Of a stretch of DNA of 58,717 nt, positions 18,901 to 24,034 are shown in pieces. The position numbers and the translations under genes are program-made. The stretch lies in IMG/VR virus record IMGVR_UViG_3300045988_156049; one strand, 5' to 3'. The DNA is from a virus. The notes under the pieces were generated by a model. It saw only the letters and a program-made list of their open reading frames with translations, made no database searches and was not told the origin of the DNA. Numbering within the stretch: position 1 is the stretch's first letter; each line of letters begins with the position of its first letter.

Positions 18901-19345
18901 GGGCGGTGTCGGAAAGACCATTAACAAGACGGCCAAAACTATTTCGATGATATGGAATCCGGAAATGCGCGATATCCGTAATGTGCCTATCGTAAGCACG
19001 TTCGTTCAAGAATCAGACGATGAGAGAGTCGCCGGCAGTCAATTGAATCGTGAGTATGGTAAAGCAATGGAAGAATTCCGAGAAACAGAACATACGATTT
19101 CTGGATATAAGAGAAAGGCAAGGATGGGCTCGATGGAATATGCTGATAAACTATCTGATTTCATGAATACTCCTGAATTCAAGAAGTATTCGAAGATGAA
19201 AGGATATGCATCGTCTATCGCGAAATTGAGGACGGCACTGAAGAAAACGGAAGAACTCAATGGGGATGTGATGGATGCGGAATACTTGCAGGAGATGCTT
19301 CGGGAATTGAAACAGCAGATGTTGGAGGAACTGAAAGAAGATTAG
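3992..19345 (+). CDS. Giant polyvalent multi-domain protein (5117 aa), probable virion-packaged and injected effector/ejection protein
   Basis: Uninterrupted 15,354-nt ORF with an ATG start. It holds a serial array of enzyme-like motifs (ParB-like GNNR, PPase-like, MNT, HEWWH and HEYTH zincins, two VVYHG ART-like modules) and a C-terminal module with two TM helices. It is flanked by internal-protein candidates and the portal. Confidence 0.9.
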   Translation: MPKYRVNGDTYNIPEEKVSAFEKRYPNATVDIYDNDGAEYSLPVSEKVNFQKQFKNWSYTAPAAPSAPSAEKIDSVEQPGPVMPNPAMENRNWEVQMGNGHSRATVEKPEPVDVPIPQRPEGLEPSDDGTAAPSGDVRSYLENANRQQVANLSRDINSRLDEAQTKSRDIYMKEQEDARKGGFLSTLAHAIAASGHNPEGGSGGMSDAQQRTLQGANSELQSEISKLEAAKNAMSNAEEIIAEADKSVQEGKFPGFFKGVARGFGDKLFDVNTWDMGVSDTKNSIELLKALRKYDEGKPLSESEQMLLDAKSVELATNAYFGSYIGRGYKAGAVTAQSLPFMLEMAVNPASTLGESTQSMLARYALSRFAKKGATRAAQKFATKAAGAAGRALGDIAGSAVMAGTSGAVRVAGDAIDRHVGDIETDMDGQGQTVFAGHDPESLGKSIAKAFTSTAIENHSEMLGEYFAPALGIVSKLGRKGMEKFGLKNVVDFVDDVSATDAAKLIADFQKRTKWHGTIGEYAEEVAGNIENAILVGDSTLDSSDDTGVFNLDQNIDTFLGVALMGGVFSTIRTAAWRTPKYRARKEMEKARAKAKKKFGDQEWQDIEDRLAEAGDEGMSSVLSEVIIGERNPEREKAILDYAKSIKIYEGTLKGDEKHRELSSPEMTDLESSYENGYTLATPQEVHDAKIMFEYQQARLQQALGMSSIDIETLMLGNEMGKLTEEQKSVALDYLNAEATFDGVIDRVRDDIDNRISSVNAAIDASTNSDTGKLQPARLVDDRAVHIISGVVRLTPDGTMVDIHNSEDYIIIRDDKTGKIESVSPSQIVGVDAEIDPESEKKAAESQIRGQIGQQKADIIDGVLQFNPGDVYTLTNEQGQSFTVQVAADEQGVVDNGDGTINVILNEDIDANTGLPRISQMSKEQIENMAEATNMARLQQYEQQKLDVDARQYEEDSTGRTPENPFKINDRISFNDVGSGSVKHGIVESELTDDGKYEIAIENDGSIESVSYLSPEDLSNMQAQLVQSVEEQEAPEIEQNPVKIEQNPVKIEQPEQPQVSAFERIPKDEQGNPIYEQAETPDLAWDAIVEQTDGDEAMAQTVTDGMVADKETALKKVEKAKSKGGATIAEKIAAEKERKAAIEEAKANLAVWKRIAQTARRRKDAEESEKRRIAEEQAAIRKAEEEKLRAEREEAERIKREALNGVPDISDDTPQDARARGYRRVSGHKVDRQEPIPHLQGNDIAVKFSDDVIVPGRVAVIEAETLQPSHIQGTRNPAHFIDESQPKERTDDASVLSARKIARNIRPEEITSSITAYTGAPTTNVRGEVIQGNNRSDALRLIWEGDKEQSAIYKQYLMDHAADFGLNADEISAMNHPVLVNMLDVDDAKAITLGQFVAQDTESGGTERIKPKNAVQKMGADMRTFADMLLASSDDETSFAGLVDRNGDEVLAWMNRRGFITPTQYKSAFDSKGGITAEAKNDLKGIMYQSIFTGGNIRLEEMFNAMPAKAQRAILATAFRDNESPNTERMVKEIQNSIRAYNALSQGEDFANAKNWKEARLAVESWKMQYAMDDVTGESYLPAEKFSNFALHLATMYKGESQSLIQSTFNHLYDLIQGTQEETLFEKPDNTPRTLAQAILETLNFEYDGQQRSNVLAGDSTASQEREQGSTGTPAAGERVEGGEQPADNTGGTENESGSGEVREKIAEEGSKVNTNPSDAQKEAGNYRMGHVKIDGMDVTIENPKGSIRKGRDADGKEWQSEMHNDYGYIRGTKAVDNDHIDIFLSDDPEHGNVYVIDQVDPKTGKFDESKVMYGFSSEQEARDAYLSNYEEGWKGLGKITEVTKEEFKKWIDSSTRKTKPFSEYASVKAAKPQKEKPVQGIEGYSRDEIKGIVADHINDVMRDNDIHAEIIGMDIHGSRNRHDARPDSDLDVVVEYRGDIREDDMFNALNGEEDALSINGIKVDINPIRKEETGDLQGYMKQSEEYDREKSEHAKQKGSSTTSEIKNNKSGKIEDYGEQISGARKDMLRDLAKSVQNTSLESLISLPFSKAFKKPNLSKAVEEGALRDKDARFAQAAIAAFLSTKKPVAGTKDERRRQRWGEKTNVEKWAEKAYTGIKILQELFDADERVRDKVIEAAVADKYVGVAEAKAQQQRIGELNHREFNGTSYPLNLIALYNEVFDRLGYPAGQNTKIPVGRIVCSSTFDSYSLRGVNGEDWIYPSRSLKSFEDVVDELVYLIKVANADETADHPIENFKIRGINPKVETTGYRVLAAKNLTTAITRGNRFAVDEIFPTREAALKRIEELKAKGLECSEPLEKRETVGYEKYQISFAHPITREFIPLEKEYGSKEDAIAAPEAEHEELNRLANEAIAAATKKSGESVEKSYFHITHYYDKGSDGKYHWYYGVALDDKYGPKKTAFNTMPFFLAERLNSREEAQKQIDANKERWESLVKDVVRQRSNFVYFSGDNETRNGEDYRNGKDVTAEEFANKFGFRGVQFGNWANQADRQAALNNAYDSFMDMSKIIGVSPKAMSLNGELGVAFGSRGSGAASAHYEPGEVVINLTKTRGAGSLAHEWWHALDNYFSRAANVKLGYVTSDKRLPMREEMRKAFNDLVDDVEKSDYHTRSMDKGSSYWGTREEETARLFAEWIADEMAKRGELNNFLAGRYDAEDSYARMGYVFYKAIQKLKPEGEMMTFEEFRKTPMALKGFSYPTRAELEILGKDVRNIFGEVQERTDETTGNVALFQMVDKILSDNSPENRLAYEAVSQMLSNAGIPVELLSDQAMREMAINATMLDTVLPEDESSFKGTVISSIDGAKILNNLDKAIDRYNENPDNRPWTFIGDLASALGSSDKDKSSQYATFETKNGQVVTIRVSNHNATVSNFDNAGESNGISIVISRKPNEGMTNDGDAHIVEFFYPDKALNKAEGKPLVEILKSIKQSLYSGEYKDTTGLAQREEVNAKESVEFLREPDGTVYGATVGGKIYLNRERLNPNTPIHEYTHLWFSALKDANPELYKRGVELMKQLPIWEEVKTDSNYANLSGDDAIASECLSRLVGDKGTEKLTELAKKAMVRGDIIGTANRISLIEDFKDWLKKFWTWVRDSFAPWTKEEASRVSVDNIQNMVLSDLAKGVNPLARQAESDADIRFSIVKDPKLIEELDKGAKVKVYRAMQLIDGKLYPPMASKINGEFVRPIELGKWEQADEHPELIDKNGRFNLNKGNGKGLKAAYNPYIHTSRTPLNDQFSEAQSRPNIVTVEVEIPKSELSSGYQADKAKDSVGEMEWKAGIVQGQLTGKRKVILSRWDKPIRIVPDSEVANVIVNDMFKGRTITMPSNVVTPSLRAELEKLGVPFVQTDNTGHIVGGQYDGKYYSKVYGNGALAGNAKGKRMESETDRIVREAKENGTYMKAPNGKPTNLNERQWAQVRTRAFKKWFGDWEKAAEESPSTAKTNSSKIVDENGEPKVVYHGSPYRFFRFDKTKLGQSTGADSAKEGFFFTDNKELAELFSRYSLESLPVSDVEQLVKDRLLNMSENELNDAYEVYRNDSPDYLDYADETDSPNDRDYLEIRGFLLDGVSEEESKREYIQDSIESKIEGGYFSDMEEVEEELSSIGIEFGNNEQVFLNIESPLVDEVERDYFHNGEDVSPMTPVLQNAKRMGSDGVVFTGIVESGQKGAANQYVAFEPNQIKSATDNVGTFDVGQEDIRYRDSGQMDAEYMFAIESGDMRKAGRMVEAAFRKAFPGSKVKNVVYHGVAVSEDGRQFPYNSIREGHFTDDEGFAEYYAGSDGYVYKVFLDIESPLEQDFRGQNSDFARDAEGNDVSTRTFARRVKDSNGRYDGAIITNVDEYGDGIEADGVGNYDGSVTDYIPVSADQIYSAEPVVYDDNGQVIPLSRRFENGNPDIRYKHDETGNGSRTSQDVEAAAIKLAESLGEKVRLVRDVNEIENQNKKVQENQRKSKGWFNTGTGEIVVVLPNATGIEDVQATILHEAVGHKGLRELVGDDRFDDFLDKVYAAASVNTRREIVNLARRSHWDFRLATEEYIAGLAENGFAGRENRTLFEKIKDFFRDMLSRAKIALGVNIGDNELRYMLWRTYQMRTSRGILAKAEDISMQQSMKVGNFRNEVPEESSRLRFRNSSNGRRKSLARDIYEEKTRIVDRKGQKTDTANLMRRLKEAYVDSMQSLKYLQDAVAEETGKPVEDFENAYLAENTMSSKNKAQTDIYLNKFFNPIKDAIRELQKKSVEYNDIVRYLMAKHGLERNVVFSKRDAQRAGAVWDGIVRRDYSGLTELTRQESDTSTPSIREITSRANEIVHNFEKEYYVDELWSAINNATKETLRTSYVDGLLTKDNYEMVRSMFDYYIPLRGWNENVASVEYDYLSDSKPKTSQIVKAATGRTTISDDPIATIAYMGQSAIIQGNRNMMKQKLLNLALNHKTGLLTVNRQWEVQDPVTGEWITRNPVIPVDATPEEVADIVSQFETDMKAAEKNGTARISRGKLDTGKHITAYEGQEHVVKVKRGGIEYCIYLNGNPRAAQAVNGMTNPDAVDSWLIRKARVIKNFMARMFTSQNPAFIISNLSRDVIFAGTAVFAKEDSKYTALYTKNIARALAKGQLIGLVHRFETGRLDDSKDIDRYFGEFIRNGGETGFTQLNTVDDFKRDLNRFAKEMTQGQVMKVSSKVWNGIWDGVEFMNRCAEDATRFSVYMTSRQMGRSVERSISDAKEITVNFNRKGSGGFGARVMNFAYIFFNAAIQALANAGKIFYEHPVKSAVALSTFSVAGFLAPLLAQAIISAFGGDDDAYWDLPEWVRRNNFVFYVPWSDNKFLIIPISQELRPFYALGEVAMSVLMGKEDVLEGLRSVGGSFMDLLPVDFMGNGNNLAVSLTPTVAQPFAQLVANSDYFGKPIYRRNDYNRLDPAWTKAYKGTSSMLINASKWLNEVTGGDDVKRGWIDPVNNPAVIEHLFESYLGGVGKTINKTAKTISMIWNPEMRDIRNVPIVSTFVQESDDERVAGSQLNREYGKAMEEFRETEHTISGYKRKARMGSMEYADKLSDFMNTPEFKKYSKMKGYASSIAKLRTALKKTEELNGDVMDAEYLQEMLRELKQQMLEELKED
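7098..7149 (+). repeat. 21-bp in-frame tandem repeat (about 2.5 copies) in a linker of the giant protein
   Basis: AAATCGAACAGAATCCTGTCA occurs at 7098-7118 and 7119-7139, with a partial copy to 7149. It encodes (E)IEQNPVK IEQNPVK IEQ. Confidence 0.9.
7740..8130 (+). other. ParB/Srx-like domain within the giant protein
   Basis: VIEAETLQPSH ... TNVRGEVIQGNNRSDALRLIW. The GNNR motif sits at about 7984-7995 and resembles the ParB-fold G-x-x-R phosphate-binding motif. Confidence 0.4.
9160..9560 (+). other. Family-I inorganic-pyrophosphatase-like domain within the giant protein
   Basis: VTIENPKGSIRKGRDADGKEW...HNDYGYIRGTKAVDNDHIDIFLSDD parallels the PPase pattern E-x-P-K-G-S..K-Y-E ... Y-G-F-I-P-x-T..D-G-D-P-x-D-V. 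Confidence 0.6.
9640..9915 (+). other. Minimal nucleotidyltransferase (MNT, pol-beta superfamily) domain within the giant protein
   Basis: IIGMDIHGSRNRHDARPDSDLDVVVEY fits the hG[GS]-x9-13-D-h-D-h signature. Confidence 0.7.
11440..11990 (+). other. Zincin-like metallopeptidase module 1 (HEWWH) within the giant protein
   Basis: FGFRGVQFGNWANQADRQAALNNAYDSFMDM...AHYEPGEVVINLTKTRGAGSLAHEWWHALDNYF. HExxH is at 11720-11734. It resembles the MPTase module recurrent in polyvalent proteins. Confidence 0.6.
12910..13100 (+). other. Zincin-like module 2 (HEYTH) within the giant protein
   Basis: GGKIYLNRERLNPNTPIHEYTHLWFSAL. HExxH is at 12998-13012. Confidence 0.45.
14390..15125 (+). other. ADP-ribosyltransferase-like module 1 (polyvalent-protein ART type) with a large acidic insert
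   Basis: PKVVYHGSPYRFFRFDK...KEGFFFTDNKELAELFS ... QVFLNIESPL ... NQYVAFEPNQIKSATDNVGTFD. Confidence 0.45.
15235..15720 (+). other. ADP-ribosyltransferase-like module 2 (tandem paralogue of module 1)
   Basis: VKNVVYHGVAVSEDG...EGHFTDDEGFAEYYAG...YVYKVFLDIESPLEQDF...DGAIITNVDEYG...ADQIYSAEP. It shows the same YHG / F(T) / (F)L(N/D)IESPL landmarks as module 1. Confidence 0.45.
15890..16150 (+). other. Conserved HEAVGH module within the giant protein (function unknown)
   Basis: NTGTGEIVVVLPNATGIEDVQATILHEAVGHKGLRELVG. The spacing is H-E-x3-H, so it is not a canonical HExxH. Confidence 0.3.
16380..19345 (+). other. C-terminal approx. 1000-aa module of the giant protein with a hydrophobic helix pair (about 18221-18385)
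   Basis: MNFAYIFFNAAIQALANAG and AVALSTFSVAGFLAPLLAQAIISAFGG are TM-like helices. YIPLRGW (about 17086-17106) is reminiscent of the PLxRFG-type C-terminal module reported for polyvalent proteins. Confidence 0.4.
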
Positions 19346-19365
19346 TAGATAAATTGATATACGTT

Positions 19366-19407
19366 CAGTTCGCTCATTAACAAGTATTTTTGCTGATGAG
19401 CGGACTG
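19366..19407 (+). terminator. 12-bp stem-loop after the giant gene (terminator/attenuator candidate)
   Basis: CAGTTCGCTCAT-n18-ATGAGCGGACTG with one G-T pair. No T tract follows. Confidence 0.3.
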
Positions 19408-19432
19408 CTCGTGTAACCAATGCTATATTACC

Positions 19433-21427
19433 ATGTCTGAAGAAAGTATTAGACGGATGAGCCGCGTAAAACCGCGGAAAGAAAATGAAATGGATACTGT
19501 CGCCTTCTCTAAAAGTTTTGGCGACAGCAAGCGTGCTTTCGATATTGTTCTGGAAGCGCAGCAGCATTATGATAACATGGCTCGTTTCCGTAAGGATAGA
19601 GAAAGGTGCAAACGATATACTTACGGAGACCAATGGAAAGACATAATTACGGTTGACGGGGAGGATATGACGGAGGAGGAATACATCAAAAGCGAAGGAC
19701 AAGTCCCTTTGAAGAACAATCTTATAAGACGACTTGTAAGAAATGTCCTTGGTGTGTACCGGAGTCAATCCAAAGAACCGACATGTACGGCGAGGGATCG
19801 AGATGAACAGAAACTAGGCGAGACGATGAGTACGGTGCTTCAATGCAACATGCAGCGGAATCGTATGAATGAGGTCTATCCTGAAACACTTGAGGAATTC
19901 CTTATCAGCGGTCTGGCCGTCCATCATAAAAGCTTCGGATGGAATTCTGATAAAGGTCTGGACTGTTGGACTCGTGTCGTTTCTCCGGACATGTTCTTTA
20001 TGGATGCATATTCGCGTGATATACGAGGATGGGACGTAAACTTCATCGGAGAGATTCATGATATTGATTTCAACACACTGGTAGGGCAGTTTGCTCATTC
20101 TAAACAGGACTACCAGCGTCTTGCTGAAATTTATTCTTCTGCTCATGCCAGAAATAAAGGATATGTTGCGACATTCTGTAATGAGTTCGGTTATTATCGT
20201 AGGGCGAATATTGATTTTCTCGTCCCGCAGGATATTACCAGGTGTCGTGTTATTGAAGTTTGGCGTCGTGAAAGCAAGCCTAGATACCGTTGCCATGATT
20301 ACAGTACAGGAACTATCTTTATAATTGACGTAGAGGATTATCACGAGCTTGTCTTGGAAGAAAACGCCAAGCGGATTGCCAGGGGAACGTTAAACGGAAT
20401 TCCAGCAGATGACGTAGCGATTATTGACGCTGAATGGTTCCTCGACAAATATTGGTACTATTACTATCTCACGCCGTTTGGTGATATCCTGCAAGAGGGG
20501 GAGACCCCTTATAAGCACGGCAGTCATCCATACGTGTTCAAGGCATACCCTTTCATTGATGGCGAGATTCATAGCTTCGTTTCTGACTTCATTGACCAGC
20601 AGAGATATGTCAACAGGCTTATTACAATGTACGATTGGATTATGCGTGCAAGTGCGAAAGGCTTGTTGATCTTTCCGGAAGAGTGTATGCCTGACGACTG
20701 GAGCATTGAGGATGTGGCAGAAGAATGGCATAGGTTTAATGGCGTGATAGTGGTGAAAACCAAGAATAACCCATCCGGGACGTTGCCGAAACAAGTTGCG
20801 GCCAATAGCACGAATATAGGAATATCAGAGCTGCTGAATTTACAGCTGAAGTTCTTTGAAGACATCAGTGGAGTAAACGGTGCTCTCCAGGGTAAACCGG
20901 GATATTCTGGGATGAGCGCCAGTCTCTATGCGCAACAGGCCCAGAATTCTACAACTTCATTGTTGGACCTTCTTGAAAGGTTCAGCGCATTTGTGATAGA
21001 TGCGGCATATAAGGATGTCAAGAATATTCAACAGTTCTATGACAGCAAGAGATATGTGAACATCGCCGGCAAAAGCGGAGCTGAGGTGGTTTATGATCCA
21101 GATAAATTCAATGACGTAGAATTTGACCTGAGCGTTATGGAAAGCACCACGTCACCGGTATATCGCCAGTTGGCTAATGACTTCCTCATGGAGATATGGA
21201 AGTCCGGACAAATTAGTCTTGAACAGCTTCTTGAACATGGAGATTTCCAATTCGCAGACAATCTTCTTCAGGACATAAACGTACAGAAGGAGGAATTGTC
21301 CAAGGGAAATATTCCTGAAGGGATTTCGCCTCAGATGCAAAAACAGGTTCAGCAAGGTGCCAATATGGGTGCGGTGAATACCTTGCATGACGCTATTACG
21401 GCAGAGGCAATGAGAAGTAACGCATAA
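19433..21427 (+). CDS. Portal protein (candidate)
   Basis: 664 aa. N-terminal CKRYTYGDQWKD...PLKNNLIRRLVRNVLGVY resembles the Y-x-G-x-Q-W / N-x-I-x-x-x-V pattern of portals. It has an acidic C-terminus and converges on the terminase operon. Confidence 0.6.
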   Translation: MSEESIRRMSRVKPRKENEMDTVAFSKSFGDSKRAFDIVLEAQQHYDNMARFRKDRERCKRYTYGDQWKDIITVDGEDMTEEEYIKSEGQVPLKNNLIRRLVRNVLGVYRSQSKEPTCTARDRDEQKLGETMSTVLQCNMQRNRMNEVYPETLEEFLISGLAVHHKSFGWNSDKGLDCWTRVVSPDMFFMDAYSRDIRGWDVNFIGEIHDIDFNTLVGQFAHSKQDYQRLAEIYSSAHARNKGYVATFCNEFGYYRRANIDFLVPQDITRCRVIEVWRRESKPRYRCHDYSTGTIFIIDVEDYHELVLEENAKRIARGTLNGIPADDVAIIDAEWFLDKYWYYYYLTPFGDILQEGETPYKHGSHPYVFKAYPFIDGEIHSFVSDFIDQQRYVNRLITMYDWIMRASAKGLLIFPEECMPDDWSIEDVAEEWHRFNGVIVVKTKNNPSGTLPKQVAANSTNIGISELLNLQLKFFEDISGVNGALQGKPGYSGMSASLYAQQAQNSTTSLLDLLERFSAFVIDAAYKDVKNIQQFYDSKRYVNIAGKSGAEVVYDPDKFNDVEFDLSVMESTTSPVYRQLANDFLMEIWKSGQISLEQLLEHGDFQFADNLLQDINVQKEELSKGNIPEGISPQMQKQVQQGANMGAVNTLHDAITAEAMRSNA

Positions 21428-21431
21428 AAGT

Positions 21432-21464
21432 AAGGCAGTTTAGGTCGAAAACTTAAACTGCCTT
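21432..21464. terminator. Bidirectional rho-independent terminator between convergent portal and packaging operons
   Basis: AAGGCAGTTTA-n11-TAAACTGCCTT, an 11-bp perfect stem with A/T-rich flanks. Confidence 0.7.
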
Positions 21465-21480
21465 AATTATTGTTCGTCGC

Positions 21481-21897
21481 TTATCGTTTGGCGTTTGGAT
21501 TGCGACGTACTACTGAACTGAAACTGATACGCTTGAAGAAATCGTTGCGCCTTCTTGTCCGTTCTCTCTTGTCCCGCCTTTTACGTCTTTCATACCACTC
21601 GTAATACATGTGTAGTTTTACGTCTCGCAGGAAATCGTCAATTGCATTCTTCTCCCGTCTGTCAGGGGTGTAATAAAAACACTTCATGGTCACGTCATCC
21701 ATCTTGACGTTGGAGTCAATGTAATGCTTCATGCGTAATTGCCTGAAGTTTTTCCTGTCCGTGACTATGAGCTTGACGCGGCCTCTTGCATTCGGCATCA
21801 CATAATAACGGTTTCCGTTCTTGGCATGAGCCCTGTCGGCTCTGCTGACTGCTTCACGGTATATCAGCCATGCATAGAAACTTGAAAAAATGTTCAT
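21481..21897 (-). CDS. Hypothetical protein with a very basic C-terminus
   Basis: 138 aa with an ATG start. It is the last gene of the leftward packaging operon. The C-terminus reads RRKRRDKRERTRRRNDF. Confidence 0.6.
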   Translation of the reverse strand: MNIFSSFYAWLIYREAVSRADRAHAKNGNRYYVMPNARGRVKLIVTDRKNFRQLRMKHYIDSNVKMDDVTMKCFYYTPDRREKNAIDDFLRDVKLHMYYEWYERRKRRDKRERTRRRNDFFKRISFSSVVRRNPNAKR

Positions 21898-21909
21898 AAT
21901 GTTGATTTA

Positions 21910-24033
21910 TTAAGCGATTATAGCCTCTGTCGGATTATTCCAACGCGATGACTTGTGATTCGGTTGCTGTTCTATTTCTATAATTCTAGGAATTTCCATT
22001 TCTGTGAAACTGATAAGAAGACCTATGCCTCGGGTCATAAGAAGGTCGTCATGCATACCTAATATTGCACCCCAGGCTCCGTTAGGTTTTTTCTCGTATG
22101 TGAGATATTCGTCCAGACATCTTCCATCTCTTTCTGTATATAGACCTTCCCGAATGACCTTGACAAGTATTGATACTATTTTCGGTTTTGTGCTGACATT
22201 AGTATGAAAGCCGTATTTCCGGGGCATCTGTTTCCTTATATCTTCGTCACTTTGTGGACGGGCATATAGATTCGGATAGGCATCTTTGACAAGGTTGAGT
22301 ATATATAGTGACTGATCACCGTCAACTTGCCGTTCCGCATCGTGCGTCTCCAGAGTGTTGCTCTCAATAACGAGTAGGGCGTTATCATAATAGGCTGCAA
22401 TTTGAGCCGCTTTCCATGCGAGCAAGTCCATATCTATATGTCCATACCATTGCGCTACAACTGACGGCTTGCCGCCTTCCATTTGATAAAGCCTGTCAAA
22501 TACTACAATACAAGACCAGTCTGATTTCTTTGCGCGTCCTCCGATATCAACTACAACCAAGTACCTGTCTACTATTTTGATTTTTCTGTCAATTTCCGGC
22601 TTGCTCCAGATCCATAGCCTTCCTTGCTTGTCATCAATGAATCGAATGTTTGCAAATGCTTCTTTTCCATCATCTCCGTTCGCGCAGACTTCGCCAATGA
22701 ATCTTGGGGGCTTACAACTGCAACGTAGTTTTTCTACCTTGTATCTGTCGAATACACGCGCCCCTGAATGAGAAAACGCTTCTATGTCATCTGATGGAAA
22801 TTCCGAAGCCATATCTTCGTCGGAATCATGTGCGGCACGTTCAATGATATACCAGTTGATTGCGTCAAGTGATGCCCCGATAGTCCAGAGATACCACAGG
22901 TACTGTCCGGAAACCTCTCTGTCGGAGTTTACATTAGTGTTTTCACGATTGGACCATAGTTTGACAGCGAAGTCCCGAAGCTCTTTGGGATCTGATATGT
23001 ATAATGAGTACTGCGGTATTTGCCACCAGGCTACGAACATTGAGTCAAATTGGGATTTGCCGGTTTTTGCGGCTTCGTATTCGCGGTGAAAAAAATTGCC
23101 GGAGCCATTCGCCGTTGACTCGTAGATTATCATTGTCAATGGCCTATATAACACACCGGAACAGGCGGAACGGACAATATCCTGAGGCCGTTTCCCCTCG
23201 GTGCGTTTCCATAGACCTACTTCAGAACAGTGCACAAGGTTGTAGTCGCCACCACGCGCAGAGTCAGGCCGTTCTGCTGTGCCGATCTTTATCTTACATT
23301 TCCTTTGCGGGACGCGATGTATATTGCCGCTTTTTCCTACAGATTTGAATTTGATTTCCTTTTCGCTGTAATTCTCGGATATCGAGTGAAGATATTTCAC
23401 CGGATATCTGCTGATCATTCTGTCGAACATGTCCTGGATTTCATCAGACGCTGTCCCTTGATGTGCGACGATTAGAGAGTTGAGTCCTACTTTATGTACG
23501 AGTTGGAGCCAAGCCATGTACAACTGTATGCAAGTAGAACCTCCCCATTGCCTGGCTTTCAGAAGAATCAGTCTGATAGGTTTCCCTGCAAGCCTCATTG
23601 ACTCTAATCGCTCAATTAGCTTTCTCTGAGGATTGTTAAGCCTGAAAAGTGTATCTTCTCCTCCACCTTTGTTCTTGATGTACGCAAGAGTTGCCGCCCA
23701 AAAAGGATAATCGAATTTGATTCTTACTCGGACGACTTGTTCAATAACTTTTTGCTTTTCATTTTCGCTATAACAAGATTTCAATGAGTCTGTTATGAAT
23801 TTCCGTATGGAACCGGCCTTGACTAGTTTTTGAATCAATGGTACTGATTTCATTTCTTTTGGAATCCACTGCTCGGAAAAGGGGAAATCAGTAATCTTGA
23901 TTCTTACTCTAGATTTGAAGAATGTGGAGCCTTCACCGGTAACGGGATTGAATGTCTGTTCAATTCCGGAACGGCGTTTACTGTTCTCTTCTATGATCGC
24001 TGCGACGGCTCTGCTTTCTTCTTCTTTTGTCAT
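21910..24033 (-). CDS. terL: Terminase large subunit
   Basis: Walker A-like LILLKARQWGGSTCIQ and a C-terminal nuclease-like VVVDIGGRAKKSDWSCIVVFD. The track ORF starts at GTG 24060. The ATG at 24033 (MTKEEES) lies 1 nt after the rhomboid stop. Confidence 0.85.
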   Translation of the reverse strand: MTKEEESRAVAAIIEENSKRRSGIEQTFNPVTGEGSTFFKSRVRIKITDFPFSEQWIPKEMKSVPLIQKLVKAGSIRKFITDSLKSCYSENEKQKVIEQVVRVRIKFDYPFWAATLAYIKNKGGGEDTLFRLNNPQRKLIERLESMRLAGKPIRLILLKARQWGGSTCIQLYMAWLQLVHKVGLNSLIVAHQGTASDEIQDMFDRMISRYPVKYLHSISENYSEKEIKFKSVGKSGNIHRVPQRKCKIKIGTAERPDSARGGDYNLVHCSEVGLWKRTEGKRPQDIVRSACSGVLYRPLTMIIYESTANGSGNFFHREYEAAKTGKSQFDSMFVAWWQIPQYSLYISDPKELRDFAVKLWSNRENTNVNSDREVSGQYLWYLWTIGASLDAINWYIIERAAHDSDEDMASEFPSDDIEAFSHSGARVFDRYKVEKLRCSCKPPRFIGEVCANGDDGKEAFANIRFIDDKQGRLWIWSKPEIDRKIKIVDRYLVVVDIGGRAKKSDWSCIVVFDRLYQMEGGKPSVVAQWYGHIDMDLLAWKAAQIAAYYDNALLVIESNTLETHDAERQVDGDQSLYILNLVKDAYPNLYARPQSDEDIRKQMPRKYGFHTNVSTKPKIVSILVKVIREGLYTERDGRCLDEYLTYEKKPNGAWGAILGMHDDLLMTRGIGLLISFTEMEIPRIIEIEQQPNHKSSRWNNPTEAIIA

Positions 24034-24034
24034 G

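Noticed and set aside
4141-19260. Dozens of 60-306-aa ORFs on both strands inside the giant gene (e.g. 4948-5643, 6908-7828, 16391-16945, 17605-18186)
   Set aside because: All are nested in the single uninterrupted 5117-codon frame, which carries recognisable domains. Their compositions look like shadow frames.
19151-19768. 205-aa minus-strand ORF bridging the end of the giant gene and the start of the portal gene
   Set aside because: It crosses an intergenic hairpin and overlaps two well-supported plus-strand genes.
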